Assembly (NCBI GenBank): GCA_963736115.1
Contig: CAVTNR010000002.1
Span: 46,046-110,045, forward strand
From: an uncultured bacterium
GTDB taxonomy: Bacteria > Zhuqueibacterota > QNDG01 > DTFT01
Length of the DNA stretch: 64,000 bases
Direction of reading: 5' to 3'
Positions 46,981 to 56,123 of this stretch are shown one piece after another. Under the pieces are notes generated by a model that saw only the letters and a program-made list of their open reading frames with translations, did not search any database and was not told the DNA's origin. The stretch's first letter is position 1, and each line of letters begins with the position of its first letter. A program made the position numbers and the translations under genes.

Positions 46981-47370
46981 TCACTTTTTCTTCTCCCCCG
47001 TCTTCCGGCGCGCGTCGATGTCGTCCGGATACATCAGCGCCTCGCCACCCCGCTCCCCGGTGCGGATCCGGATCACGTCCTCCACGGGATAGACGAAAAT
47101 CAATCCGTCCCCCTGCTTTCCGGTCCGCGCCGCGGCGCAGATCACGTCAATGGCCTTTTCCAGGTTGCGGTCGCTGAGCACGATGTTAATCTGCGCCTTC
47201 GGAATCAGGTCCATTTGATACGAAGTCCCACGCCATGACAGGTCGATGCCCCCCTGTCTTCCATGGCCACGCACTTCCGAGACGTTCAAACCAACGATGC
47301 CGGCTTCGCGCAATGCATCCTTCACCGCGGTCACCGCCTCTTCCCGTATGATGGCTTCTATTTTTTTCAT
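46981..47370 (-). CDS. glnK: P-II family nitrogen regulator (amt-linked, GlnK-type position; atypical T-loop)
   Basis: Aligns along its length with GlnB/GlnK ('MKKIEAIIR', 'GHGRQ', 'GDGLIFVYPVEDVIRIRTGE'). The T-loop reads 'LSWRGTSY', where canonical proteins have 'LYRGAEY'. Confidence 0.85.
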   Translation of the reverse strand: MKKIEAIIREEAVTAVKDALREAGIVGLNVSEVRGHGRQGGIDLSWRGTSYQMDLIPKAQINIVLSDRNLEKAIDVICAAARTGKQGDGLIFVYPVEDVIRIRTGERGGEALMYPDDIDARRKTGEKKK

Positions 47371-47422
47371 GGATCCATTCTCCTATTCTATGAAAAGTGA
47401 TCATGAACGACTCCCCTTCCGG

Positions 47423-49021
47423 TTATTTCCCGGCGTATGACTTGAACGTGACCGACGGGATATGCAGCCGGCCGGAGTGCATGACCTCGTCGTCATGGAT
47501 GTAGCCCTTGAGGCCCATTTCCGGCATATCCAGACCGAGCAGTTCGTCGGCCGGCGCGGAGCGAAGCAGTTTGAGGCCGGCGAGCGCCTTGAAGAACAGA
47601 AAACTCAATCCTCCGACGACAATCAGAATGGACGCGATCTCGGAGAGCTGGGACAGAATCTGCGTGTTCCCGCCGTGCAGGAGTCCACGGACCGGTCCGG
47701 TCACGCCGTTCCATCCGTCCGAAGCCGGGTTCCCGTTCGAGAAAATGCCCACGGCCAGAAGGCCCCACAGCCCGTTGGCGAAATGCACCGGAACGGCCCC
47801 GACCGGGTCATCAATTCTCAGCTTTTCGATGCCGAAGGTGACCGCGCAGACGAGGATCCCGGCGATCAGGCCGATAACGACGGCCGAAATGGGGCTCACA
47901 AAGGCACATGGCGCCGTGATGGCCACCAGGCCCGCGAGAACACCGTTGACGGAGAGACCGGGATCGGGCTTTCGTGTCGGACCGAACCACCACATCGTCA
48001 GCATGGCGGAGCATCCGCCGGCCGCGCCGGCCAGCAAGGTGTTCACCGCCGCGGTCACGGCCAGGGACGCGCCCCCGCCGACGAACGCCAGCGAGGATCC
48101 GGGGTTGAAACCGAACCAGCCGAAAAACAGGATGATCGTGCCGAGAACGCCGAGCGGAATGTTGTGCCCCGGCATGGCGTTCGCCGAACCGTCCTTGTTG
48201 AATCGCCCGATCCGGGGGCCGATGACGATCGCGCCGACCAGGGCGAGCGTGCCTCCGATCATGTGCACGACGCCGGACCCCGCGAAATCCACGGCCCCGT
48301 TCCCCCATCCCGCGATACGGCCGAGATTCTGCAGCCATCCGCCGCCCCAGACCCATCCCCCGACCAGCGGATAGATGAACATGCTCACCCAGAGCCCCAT
48401 CAGGCAGAATCCGCCGAACTTGAGCCGCTCCGCCATCGAACCGGTGGGGATGGTGGCCGCCGTGTCCATGAACACCATCTGGAAGAAAAAGAAGGCCAGG
48501 ACCCCGAAACTTCCGGCCCCGATGCCCTGCAGCAGAAATCCCTTGCCCCCCATGATGCCGAACTGCCCGATAGATAGCAGTGGTTTGTCGAGCAGGCCGG
48601 TCCAATCACCGAGCGTCACGGGCGAGTGGGCCCAGGCGCCGAACGGACCGACGGCCGGCCAGGTGAAATTCACGGCGCCGAATTGAAGGGCAAAACCCGT
48701 CAGCCAGTAGCCGAGCGCACCGATGCAAAACACCATCATGTTCATCATCATGGTATGCGCGACGTTCTTCGCCCGGGTGAAGCCCGTTTCCACCAGTGCG
48801 AATCCGGCCTGCATGAAAAAGACGAGGCCGCTGGCCAGGAGAACCCACAGTACGTTCAGGCCGGTGGTGACGTTGTTCGTGTTTTCCTCGACTTTCTGAA
48901 CCGATTGCGCCAGGGCCGTGATATCGACCGCCGGCTCCCGCGCCATCAAGGCGGATCCGCTCCACAACAGGAGCGCGAGAAAAAGTGCGGCTCCCGGTAG
49001 TTTTCTGATTTTTTTCTTCAT
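47423..49021 (-). CDS. amt: Ammonium transporter
   Basis: GGAGG before ATG 49021. Signal peptide 'LPGAALFLALLLWSGSALMA'. Amt motifs 'FMQAGFALVETG', 'DFAGSGVVHMIGG'. Confidence 0.9.
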   Translation of the reverse strand: MKKKIRKLPGAALFLALLLWSGSALMAREPAVDITALAQSVQKVEENTNNVTTGLNVLWVLLASGLVFFMQAGFALVETGFTRAKNVAHTMMMNMMVFCIGALGYWLTGFALQFGAVNFTWPAVGPFGAWAHSPVTLGDWTGLLDKPLLSIGQFGIMGGKGFLLQGIGAGSFGVLAFFFFQMVFMDTAATIPTGSMAERLKFGGFCLMGLWVSMFIYPLVGGWVWGGGWLQNLGRIAGWGNGAVDFAGSGVVHMIGGTLALVGAIVIGPRIGRFNKDGSANAMPGHNIPLGVLGTIILFFGWFGFNPGSSLAFVGGGASLAVTAAVNTLLAGAAGGCSAMLTMWWFGPTRKPDPGLSVNGVLAGLVAITAPCAFVSPISAVVIGLIAGILVCAVTFGIEKLRIDDPVGAVPVHFANGLWGLLAVGIFSNGNPASDGWNGVTGPVRGLLHGGNTQILSQLSEIASILIVVGGLSFLFFKALAGLKLLRSAPADELLGLDMPEMGLKGYIHDDEVMHSGRLHIPSVTFKSYAGK

Positions 49022-49112
49022 GTCATCCTCCATGGTTTTAAATGCATTCTGGGAAGACGCTCGCGAACCGAATGAACCCTGCGACAATCGATTGTCCTCA
49101 GCCGAGATGAAA

Positions 49113-49128
49113 GGCAATCGAAGTGCCA
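49113..49128 (-). promoter_or_regulatory. Sigma54 (-24/-12) promoter of the amt-PII-porin operon
   Basis: The minus strand reads TGGCAC-TTCGA-TTGC, an exact TGGCAC-N5-TTGC, about 90 nt upstream of the amt ATG. Confidence 0.8.
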
Positions 49129-49414
49129 TAACGCAGACAGCTTTTTAATGTTCTGTTTTTTATATGTTAAGCTAACAGGAGGGTGATAGGGGATCAATAT
49201 GAAAGGCTACGGTTTTGTAGTGGCGGGTATGGTGCGCTACATATTCGTAAATATACCCAATCCCCACGCACTATCCATACTTCTGTTCGAGAAGGACGCA
49301 CCGCATTCTTTCCGGCGAAGAACGAGAAAAAATATGAAACAGGGAAAACCCTGGCTGAAAAATTTACCGGAACGTATTTCAAAGACTCCGCATTGGAGGA
49401 GAGGCGACAATAAA

Positions 49415-49456
49415 CAGGAGGAATGAACCGGGAGGAATTAAGCAGGAGGGAGATTA
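49415..49456 (+). repeat. Three tandem 14-nt units each containing GGAGG
   Basis: CAGGAGGAATGAAC / CGGGAGGAATTAAG / CAGGAGGGAGATTA. A further GGAGGAGAGG is 20 nt upstream. Confidence 0.8.
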
Positions 49457-49479
49457 GATAAGCGGGTCACAAACCATAA

Positions 49480-49528
49480 CTACATAACCGTACCCATCAT
49501 GTCACGCGGATACGGTTTTGTAGTTTTT
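49480..49528. terminator. Rho-independent terminator (plus-strand T-tract; also downstream of the minus-strand DMT gene)
   Basis: CTACATAACCGTA - 18-nt loop - TACGGTTTTGTAG (12 of 13 bp) followed by TTTTTGTT. Confidence 0.65.
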
Positions 49529-49555
49529 GTTAAAACGATCATTTTGAGCCGTCAT

Positions 49556-50452
49556 CTACAGAAAGAGAAGCGCCACTCCGCTGATCGCGATCCCGGCTCC
49601 CGCCGCTTCGCGGAGCGTGACCTTTTCCTTCATGAAAAGAACTGCCGGCGGGATGATGAGAATGGGCACCGTGGCCATGATGGTCGCCGCAATGCCCGCG
49701 GCCGTGCGCTGCACGGCAAACAACGAGAACGAGACGCCCAGAAAGGGCCCGAAAAAAGCGCCCGTGGTCGTGAGGGCCAGCGCCTTTGTGTTTTTCAGAG
49801 CGGAAAAGGTCCGGCCCCATGCGCCGCGGGCGGTCAGCAGAACGGCGAATCCGATCACGCCCGTGATGATGCGGATCTGGGTGGCTCCGAACGGGCTGTA
49901 GTCGGCCATCCCGATCTTGCTGAGAATCAACCCTGCCGCCTGCCCGACCGCTCCGCCGAACGCGAACAGAATGCCGGCCACCGGATGGGCCAGACGCATT
50001 GGCGTCTCGCCGGACGGCCTGTCGATCACGACCAAGGCGATTCCGGCCAGCGTCAGAGCCATCCCCGCGAAGGACAGGACCGACAGCCTTTCCCCGAGCA
50101 CAAGCCATCCGAGCAGGGCCGTGATCGGTGGAGCGAGCGCCATGATCAGCATCGAAACCCGGGAACCGATGAGAACAAAGGAGCGGAATAGAAACAGGTC
50201 ACCCAGCACGAACCCGACGAAACCGGAGAGGGACAGCCAGAACCAGGCGTGGGCGCTCGCGTCCAGGGGCAGGAAAAGACCCCTCTGAATCCGGGTGAAC
50301 ACTGAAAGGAAGACCAGCCCCAGAACAAGCCGTATCCAGTTGACGGGCAGGGAGCCCACCTTTTTGGATGCGGACTCGAATGCCAGGGCCGTGACCGTCC
50401 AGAATACGGCTACTGCGAGGGAAGCGATCTCCCCGATGTGAGAATGCGGCAC
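49556..50452 (-). CDS. DMT superfamily (EamA) transporter
   Basis: GTG 50452 with AAGGAG 6 nt upstream. About ten TM segments in two EamA-like halves. Confidence 0.8.
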   Translation of the reverse strand: MPHSHIGEIASLAVAVFWTVTALAFESASKKVGSLPVNWIRLVLGLVFLSVFTRIQRGLFLPLDASAHAWFWLSLSGFVGFVLGDLFLFRSFVLIGSRVSMLIMALAPPITALLGWLVLGERLSVLSFAGMALTLAGIALVVIDRPSGETPMRLAHPVAGILFAFGGAVGQAAGLILSKIGMADYSPFGATQIRIITGVIGFAVLLTARGAWGRTFSALKNTKALALTTTGAFFGPFLGVSFSLFAVQRTAAGIAATIMATVPILIIPPAVLFMKEKVTLREAAGAGIAISGVALLFL

Positions 50453-50739
50453 CCGACTCTCCTTTTCAAGCCGCCGGCCTTCCGAAATCCGGCGAACCAC
50501 GGTCTGCATCATACGAAAACCGTCCGTGAATAGCAAGCCGGATTTGGGGTTTTTTCAGCGGCCCGGGGTTCCCGGTTCGGGCGCCGGCCCGTCGCGTTTT
50601 GACGGAATGGATCGGTTCCGGACCGGACCGGCACCGTCCGCCGGTCCGCGGATCCGCCAAAAAACCGCTTGACTGTTACGATTTTTTTCGGTATTTCAGT
50701 ACAAAGGCAATTCTACCTTTTTCACAACCGGAGGAGCGC

Positions 50740-52260
50740 ATGATCCTTCATCATCAGTTCGTACGGACGGCCAAGCGTCAGGGTGACAAGCTGGCCATCG
50801 TGGACCGGATGCTCGAAAAACGGGTGACCTATTCCAAGGCGCTCATCGCATCCCTCATCCTCTCGAAGAAAATCGGCAAATTCAGGGAAGGGTACATCGG
50901 CATCATGATACCGACTTCGGCCGGAAGTTTTCTGGCCACGATCGGCACTCTGATGGCCGGCAAGGTTCCGGTGATGATCAACTATTCCACCGGCGCCGCG
51001 GATAACTGCGTGTACGCGCAGAACAAATGCGGATTTAAAACCATCCTGACGTCCCGGGCGCTTCTCGAAAAGATCGGATGCCGGCTCGTGCCCGGCATGA
51101 TCTGCATCGAGGACGTCATGGACCGCATCACCGCCGCGGACAAGCTCAAGGCGGCGCTGAAGTCGAAGCTCCCCACTTCCATGATCATCCGCTCCTTCCC
51201 TCTCGCCCATCCGAACGACAACGTGGTGATCCTCTTCACCAGCGGCAGCGAGAAGGATCCCAAGGCCGTCCAGCTCACCCACCGGAACATCACGTCAAAC
51301 ATCGCGGACGTGAAGGAAATTTACGGCCTGAGCGACAAGGACATCATCATGTCCTGCCTGCCGCTTTTCCACGTGTTCGGCTACACCGTGAATTGCTGGC
51401 TCCCGATGACGATCGGCATGACCGCCGTCACCTACGCGAACCCGCTGGACTACAAGCGCATGCCCGTCCTCATCCGCGAGGAGAAGGTGACCATGATCGC
51501 GGCCACGCCGATATTCTTCTCCGGGTACGTCCGCGAATCCAAAACAGGCGACTTCTCCACGGTGCGCCTGATGGTGGCCGGAGCTGACAAGACGCCCGAC
51601 TCCCTGCGAGACGAGTACATGAAAAAGCACAACATCGAACTGCTCGAGGGATACGGGTGCACCGAAACGAGCCCGGTGGTGTCGGTCAACCGGCCCGGCG
51701 CCAACCGTCCCGGCAGCATCGGCCAGGTCATCCCCAGCGCCCAGGTCCGCATCGCCGACATCGCCACGGGCCAGGACCTGCCGCCCGGGTCGGAAGGCAA
51801 GATTCTCGTCAAGGGCAACTGCGTGATGAAGGGGTATTACGACGACATCGAGGAGACAACCCTGCGCATCCGGGACGGCTGGTACGACACCGGCGACATG
51901 GGGATGATGGACGCCGACGGATTCCTCTGGCACCGGGGCCGCCTGAAGCGGTTCGTCAAGATCGGCGGAGAAATGGTTTCCCTCGTGAAGACGGAGAGCG
52001 TGCTCGAGGAACTGCTGCCCGAAGGCGTCGACTGCTGCGTCGTGGAGGTTCCGGATTCGCTCAAGGGCGCCCGCATCGTGGTCGTCATCACCCGCGAGGT
52101 CGACGAGAGGGACATCCTGAAGAAAATGGGGCAGAAACTCACTCCCATCGCCCTGCCGAAGCAGTTCATCGTGGTCCCGGAACTGCCCAAGCTCGGCAGC
52201 GGCAAGATCGACTTCCGTTCCGCCACGGAACTGGCGAAGTCCAAAGTCGCGGTTAAATAA
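50740..52260 (+). CDS. AMP-binding enzyme (acyl-CoA / acyl-ACP synthetase family, Aas C-terminal-domain-like)
   Basis: ATG 50740 with GGAGG upstream. 'ILFTSGSEKDPKAV', 'GYGCTETS', 'DTGDMG', 'VKIGGEMVS'. Confidence 0.85.
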   Translation: MILHHQFVRTAKRQGDKLAIVDRMLEKRVTYSKALIASLILSKKIGKFREGYIGIMIPTSAGSFLATIGTLMAGKVPVMINYSTGAADNCVYAQNKCGFKTILTSRALLEKIGCRLVPGMICIEDVMDRITAADKLKAALKSKLPTSMIIRSFPLAHPNDNVVILFTSGSEKDPKAVQLTHRNITSNIADVKEIYGLSDKDIIMSCLPLFHVFGYTVNCWLPMTIGMTAVTYANPLDYKRMPVLIREEKVTMIAATPIFFSGYVRESKTGDFSTVRLMVAGADKTPDSLRDEYMKKHNIELLEGYGCTETSPVVSVNRPGANRPGSIGQVIPSAQVRIADIATGQDLPPGSEGKILVKGNCVMKGYYDDIEETTLRIRDGWYDTGDMGMMDADGFLWHRGRLKRFVKIGGEMVSLVKTESVLEELLPEGVDCCVVEVPDSLKGARIVVVITREVDERDILKKMGQKLTPIALPKQFIVVPELPKLGSGKIDFRSATELAKSKVAVK

Positions 52261-52280
52261 GGTCGGAGAGGACGCTGAGC

Positions 52281-52973
52281 GTGCCCAGACACATCGGCAT
52301 CGTCGCCTGCAGCGCGGAGGGAGCGGCCCTGTGCTACCGCACCATCTGCGCCGAGGCGCCGTCCCTCATGGCGGAGTACCGGCACCCGGAAATCTCAATG
52401 CACACGTTCCCGCTCGCCGATTACATGGGGCCGATCCGGAGCGGGGACTGGGACGCCGTGGCCGGACTCATGTCCGAATCGGCGCGCAGACTCGCGGCCG
52501 CGGGCGCGGAATTCGCCGTCTGTCCGGACAACACCATCCACCAGGCCTACGACGCCGCTGTGAAGGATTCCCCCATCCCCTGGCTGCACATCGCGGAGGA
52601 AGTGGCCAAGGCGGCCCATTTCCGGGGTTTTTCCAGACTGGGCGTTCTCGGCACCGAGGTTCTCATGAACGGGCCGGTGTATCCCGACACGCTCGAAAAA
52701 TTCGGGATCTCCTGCCGGATGCCGGAACCGAAGGACCGGGTTAAAATCGACGGCGTGATCTACACGGAACTGATCAACGGCGTCATCCGCGGCCGTTCGC
52801 GCTCCCTGCTCAACCGGATTATCGGGAAGCTGAAAGACCAGGGATGCGAAGCGGCCGTTCTCGGTTGCACGGAAATCCCCCTGCTCATCGTGCCGGAAGA
52901 AAGCCCTCTGCCGGTTCTGGATTCAACCCGGATTCTCGCGCGGGCCGCACTTCGGGAGGCGCTGAAGGAATAG
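52281..52973 (+). CDS. Aspartate/glutamate racemase family protein
   Basis: 'IGIVACSAEGAAL' and 'LGCTEIPLL' (two catalytic Cys contexts). Confidence 0.8.
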   Translation: MPRHIGIVACSAEGAALCYRTICAEAPSLMAEYRHPEISMHTFPLADYMGPIRSGDWDAVAGLMSESARRLAAAGAEFAVCPDNTIHQAYDAAVKDSPIPWLHIAEEVAKAAHFRGFSRLGVLGTEVLMNGPVYPDTLEKFGISCRMPEPKDRVKIDGVIYTELINGVIRGRSRSLLNRIIGKLKDQGCEAAVLGCTEIPLLIVPEESPLPVLDSTRILARAALREALKE

Positions 52974-53075
52974 ACGCGCATCTCTGCGATCACTGAAATT
53001 TGTCGACGGTTCGGCGGTATCAGATGAAAACCACAGCCCGGTTCCGCAAAGCGGACCGGCGCCCGGAGGGAAGCA

Positions 53076-53750
53076 ATGGACGTCAAAAAACTCTCCATTC
53101 TGTTCGGTCTGATCGTGACCGGCCTGGCGGGATTCAATTCCTATTTCTACCTGGGCCGACACAAACCCCTGGCCGAGAAGGCCGCTGCGGCCGAACAGCA
53201 GGTCCAGGCCGTTCAGCAGGAACTGGACCGGAAGGTGACTGAGCTCTCGAAAACAGTGGAGTCCAAGCAGGCAGAGATCCAGACCGTTCAGTCGACCAAG
53301 GATTCCCTGATCTTCGAGATGCAGGAGGAAATCCGGAACAATCAGATCCAGATCACCCAGATGGCCGATAAGCTCAAGCTCAGCATCGTGGACAAAATCC
53401 TCTTTCCTTCCGGAGAGACGGACATCTCCCCGGAAGGCCTGCTGGTGCTGGAACGGATCGGCAACATCCTGAAGAACACGAAAGACAAGGCCGTCCGCGT
53501 GGAAGGGCACACGGACAATGTCCGGATCGGCGGACGGCTGAAAACCGTGTTCCCGACCAACTGGGAACTGTCCACTGCCCGCGCCACTCATGTCGTCCGC
53601 TTCCTCCAGGAAAAGACAGGCATGGACCCCAAGCGGCTCGAAGCAGTCGGCATGGGTCAGTACCAGCCCGTGGCAACGAACGACACACCCGAGGGCCGGG
53701 CTCAGAATCGCAGGATAGAAATACTTCTACTTCCAACGGATCTTCATTAA
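53076..53750 (+). CDS. OmpA/MotB-domain protein with N-terminal TM and coiled coil
   Basis: GGAGGG RBS. TM 'LSILFGLIVTGLAGF'. Coiled coil. 'VEGHTDNV...NWELSTARATHVVRFL...NRRIEILL'. Confidence 0.85.
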   Translation: MDVKKLSILFGLIVTGLAGFNSYFYLGRHKPLAEKAAAAEQQVQAVQQELDRKVTELSKTVESKQAEIQTVQSTKDSLIFEMQEEIRNNQIQITQMADKLKLSIVDKILFPSGETDISPEGLLVLERIGNILKNTKDKAVRVEGHTDNVRIGGRLKTVFPTNWELSTARATHVVRFLQEKTGMDPKRLEAVGMGQYQPVATNDTPEGRAQNRRIEILLLPTDLH

Positions 53751-53845
53751 TAACATACGGTTGGGCTTCCGCAACCGACTATCCCGTTCCCCGTATTCTA
53801 ATGGGGGCGGGATTTGTGCGTCCCGAGGCTGAAAATGTGGGGTTG

Positions 53846-53905
53846 GATTGAAGCTCCCCGCCGCCCCGCTATTCGGGACCGGGGAATGCGCTCGCTGTCA
53901 GATTC
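53846..53905. repeat. Abbreviated family A repeat (first module fused to last module)
   Basis: GATTGAAGCTCCCCGCCGCCCCGCTATTCGGGACCGGGGAATGCGCTCGCTGTCAGATTC. Confidence 0.8.
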
Positions 53906-53925
53906 GGTCAACAGGAGGATTCCGA

Positions 53926-54855
53926 TTGAATAACCTTTCCATTCGAAACGTCTGCAAGTCTTTCGAAACGGTCCAGGCAGTCCGGGACCTGTCGCTGGAC
54001 GTGCCCAAGGGGCAGATCTTCGGACTTCTGGGTCCGAACGGCGCGGGAAAGACCACCACGATACGCATGATCATGCGCATTCTCCTGCCGGACAGCGGAA
54101 CCATCGAACTGTTCGGGAAACCGCTCGAACCATCCACGACCGATCGGATCGGGTATATGCCCGAGGAGCGCGGCCTGTACCAGAAGATGAAAACGCTCGA
54201 CGTCGTCGCCTTTTTCGGCGAAATCAAGGGCATGCCCCGGGCGAAAGCCGTCGAAGAGGGCCGGCGCTGGATGAAAAAGCTGGATCTTCAGGACTGGACG
54301 GACAAGAAAGTGGAAACCCTGTCCAAGGGCATGCAGCAGAAAATACAGTTCATCGGCACCATTCTTCACCGTCCGGACCTTCTGATTCTCGACGAGCCGT
54401 TTTCGGGCCTGGATCCGGTGAACGTAAACACCTTGAAAGACGCCATGCTCGAGCTGAAGGACGCCGGCACCACCATCATTTTTTCGACGCACCAGATGGA
54501 GCAGGTCGAGAAACTCTGCGACGCGTTGTGCCTGATCAACCGCGGGAAATCGGTCCTTCAGGGAAGGCTGGCCGAGGTCAAGGCGCGCTTCGGCAGGGGC
54601 CGCGTGCAGATGCAGTACGAGGGAGACCTGACGGCCTTCCTGGGGGACAAACGCTGGGTCGAAGCGTCCGACGACTTCGGCAAGTACGTCGAGATCAAGC
54701 CCGCGGCCGGCGTTTCCGCCCAGGACCTGCTGAAGCGGGCCATGCAGGACGTCTCCATCGTCCGCTTCGAGGTCGCGGAACCCTCGCTCAATGAAATTTT
54801 CATCCAGCTCGTCCGGCCGGGCGAAGCCGGTCCCGGGGAAGGAGAAGCCGCGTGA
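53926..54855 (+). CDS. ABC transporter ATP-binding protein (ABC-2/NatA-like)
   Basis: TTG 53926 with AGGAGG 7 nt upstream; the tracked start 53848 reads through the repeat. Walker A 'GPNGAGKTT', signature 'LSKGMQQK', Walker B 'LLILDEP'. Confidence 0.85.
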   Translation: MNNLSIRNVCKSFETVQAVRDLSLDVPKGQIFGLLGPNGAGKTTTIRMIMRILLPDSGTIELFGKPLEPSTTDRIGYMPEERGLYQKMKTLDVVAFFGEIKGMPRAKAVEEGRRWMKKLDLQDWTDKKVETLSKGMQQKIQFIGTILHRPDLLILDEPFSGLDPVNVNTLKDAMLELKDAGTTIIFSTHQMEQVEKLCDALCLINRGKSVLQGRLAEVKARFGRGRVQMQYEGDLTAFLGDKRWVEASDDFGKYVEIKPAAGVSAQDLLKRAMQDVSIVRFEVAEPSLNEIFIQLVRPGEAGPGEGEAA

Positions 54856-56123
54856 ACAAGACCTGGACCATATTCAAGCGCGAACTGCTCACGCGCGTCA
54901 AGACCCGGGGATTCGTCATCGGGACGTTCGTATCCCCTCTGTTCCTCCTGCTCGTCGTCCTTCTGCCGACCCTGCTCATGCGGCACGGCGCCGAAGCCGT
55001 TTCGACGATCGCGGTCGCGGACTTCACCGGCCGCCTGGTCGCGCCGATGCAGGCCTGGGCGCAGGGACACAAGAAGGACGCGGCCGGCAACGTTCTGTAC
55101 ACGATCAGCGCGGTGGAAGCCGATTCCAGCCGGATCGATTCTCTCAAACGCCGAACAAACGACGACATCCTGGCCGGACGGATCAATGTGTTCCTCATCC
55201 TGCCCGCCGACATCTTCACGAAGAACGGATTCGAACTGTACGCCAGGAACCTCGGCAATTTCGAGCTCAACTATTCAATCAACGAAATGGTGACAAAGTC
55301 GGTGTCTGGAATCCGTCTGGCCGGGAGCGGGCTCGATCCCTCGCGCATGGAGGCGCTGACCCACGAAGTGTCCGCGGCGACGTTCAAGGTCCTCAAGGGG
55401 GGCGCGAAGGAGGAAAGCGGGGAGGCGGCTTTCTACCTCTCGTACATCATGGTCTTCATGCTCTACATGGTTCTCGTTTTCTACGGTACCTTCGTGATGC
55501 GCGGCGTGATCGAGGACAAGCAGTCGCGCGTGGTCGAGGTGATGCTGTCTTCCGCGCGTCCGTTTCAGATCATGGCGGGAAAGATACTCGGCATCGGGGC
55601 GGCGGGCCTGATCCAGATGGCGGTGTGGGCGCTGTGCATCCTCGCCGTGACCGCCACCGGCGCGACGTTCGCTTCGGCGGCCGATTTCTCCCTGCCCTCG
55701 GTCTCGCTCTGGACGCTGGCGGCGTTTCTGCTTTTCTTCCTGATCGGGTATTTTCTCTATTCGGCCACATACGCGGCCATGGGCAGCATGGGGAACACCG
55801 AGGCCGAGATGCAGGCGCTCCAGTGGCCGGCCCTGGCCCCCCTGATCTTCTCCCTGGTCGTCATGATGATGGTCGTCCGCAATCCCGAGGGCACGGCGGC
55901 CGTGGTGCTGTCGATGATCCCCTTCTTCAGCCCCATGCTCATGTTTCTGCGGATCTCCATGAACGCGGCCCCGCTCGGTCAGGTGCTCGTGTGCATCGGG
56001 CTCTGCCTGCTCACCATTGCCGGCATGATCTGGCTCTCGGCCCGTATTTTCCGGGTGGGAATTCTCATGGTCGGAAAGCGTCCGACTCTGCCCGAAGTGC
56101 TCAAGTGGATCCGGCAGGACTGA
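54852..56123 (+). CDS. ABC-2 type transporter permease (NatB-like)
   Basis: GTG 54852 overlaps the stop (GTGA). N-terminal TM, a large extracytoplasmic loop and a C-terminal TM bundle. Confidence 0.8.
   Translation: MNKTWTIFKRELLTRVKTRGFVIGTFVSPLFLLLVVLLPTLLMRHGAEAVSTIAVADFTGRLVAPMQAWAQGHKKDAAGNVLYTISAVEADSSRIDSLKRRTNDDILAGRINVFLILPADIFTKNGFELYARNLGNFELNYSINEMVTKSVSGIRLAGSGLDPSRMEALTHEVSAATFKVLKGGAKEESGEAAFYLSYIMVFMLYMVLVFYGTFVMRGVIEDKQSRVVEVMLSSARPFQIMAGKILGIGAAGLIQMAVWALCILAVTATGATFASAADFSLPSVSLWTLAAFLLFFLIGYFLYSATYAAMGSMGNTEAEMQALQWPALAPLIFSLVVMMMVVRNPEGTAAVVLSMIPFFSPMLMFLRISMNAAPLGQVLVCIGLCLLTIAGMIWLSARIFRVGILMVGKRPTLPEVLKWIRQD

Noticed and set aside
49199-49530. Two ORF starts encode the peptide GYGFVV, which resembles the RNP-1 motif of RRM RNA-binding domains.
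   Set aside because: The motif comes from a 17-nt DNA repeat, and one copy is the terminator arm. Neither ORF has the rest of an RRM fold or a good RBS.
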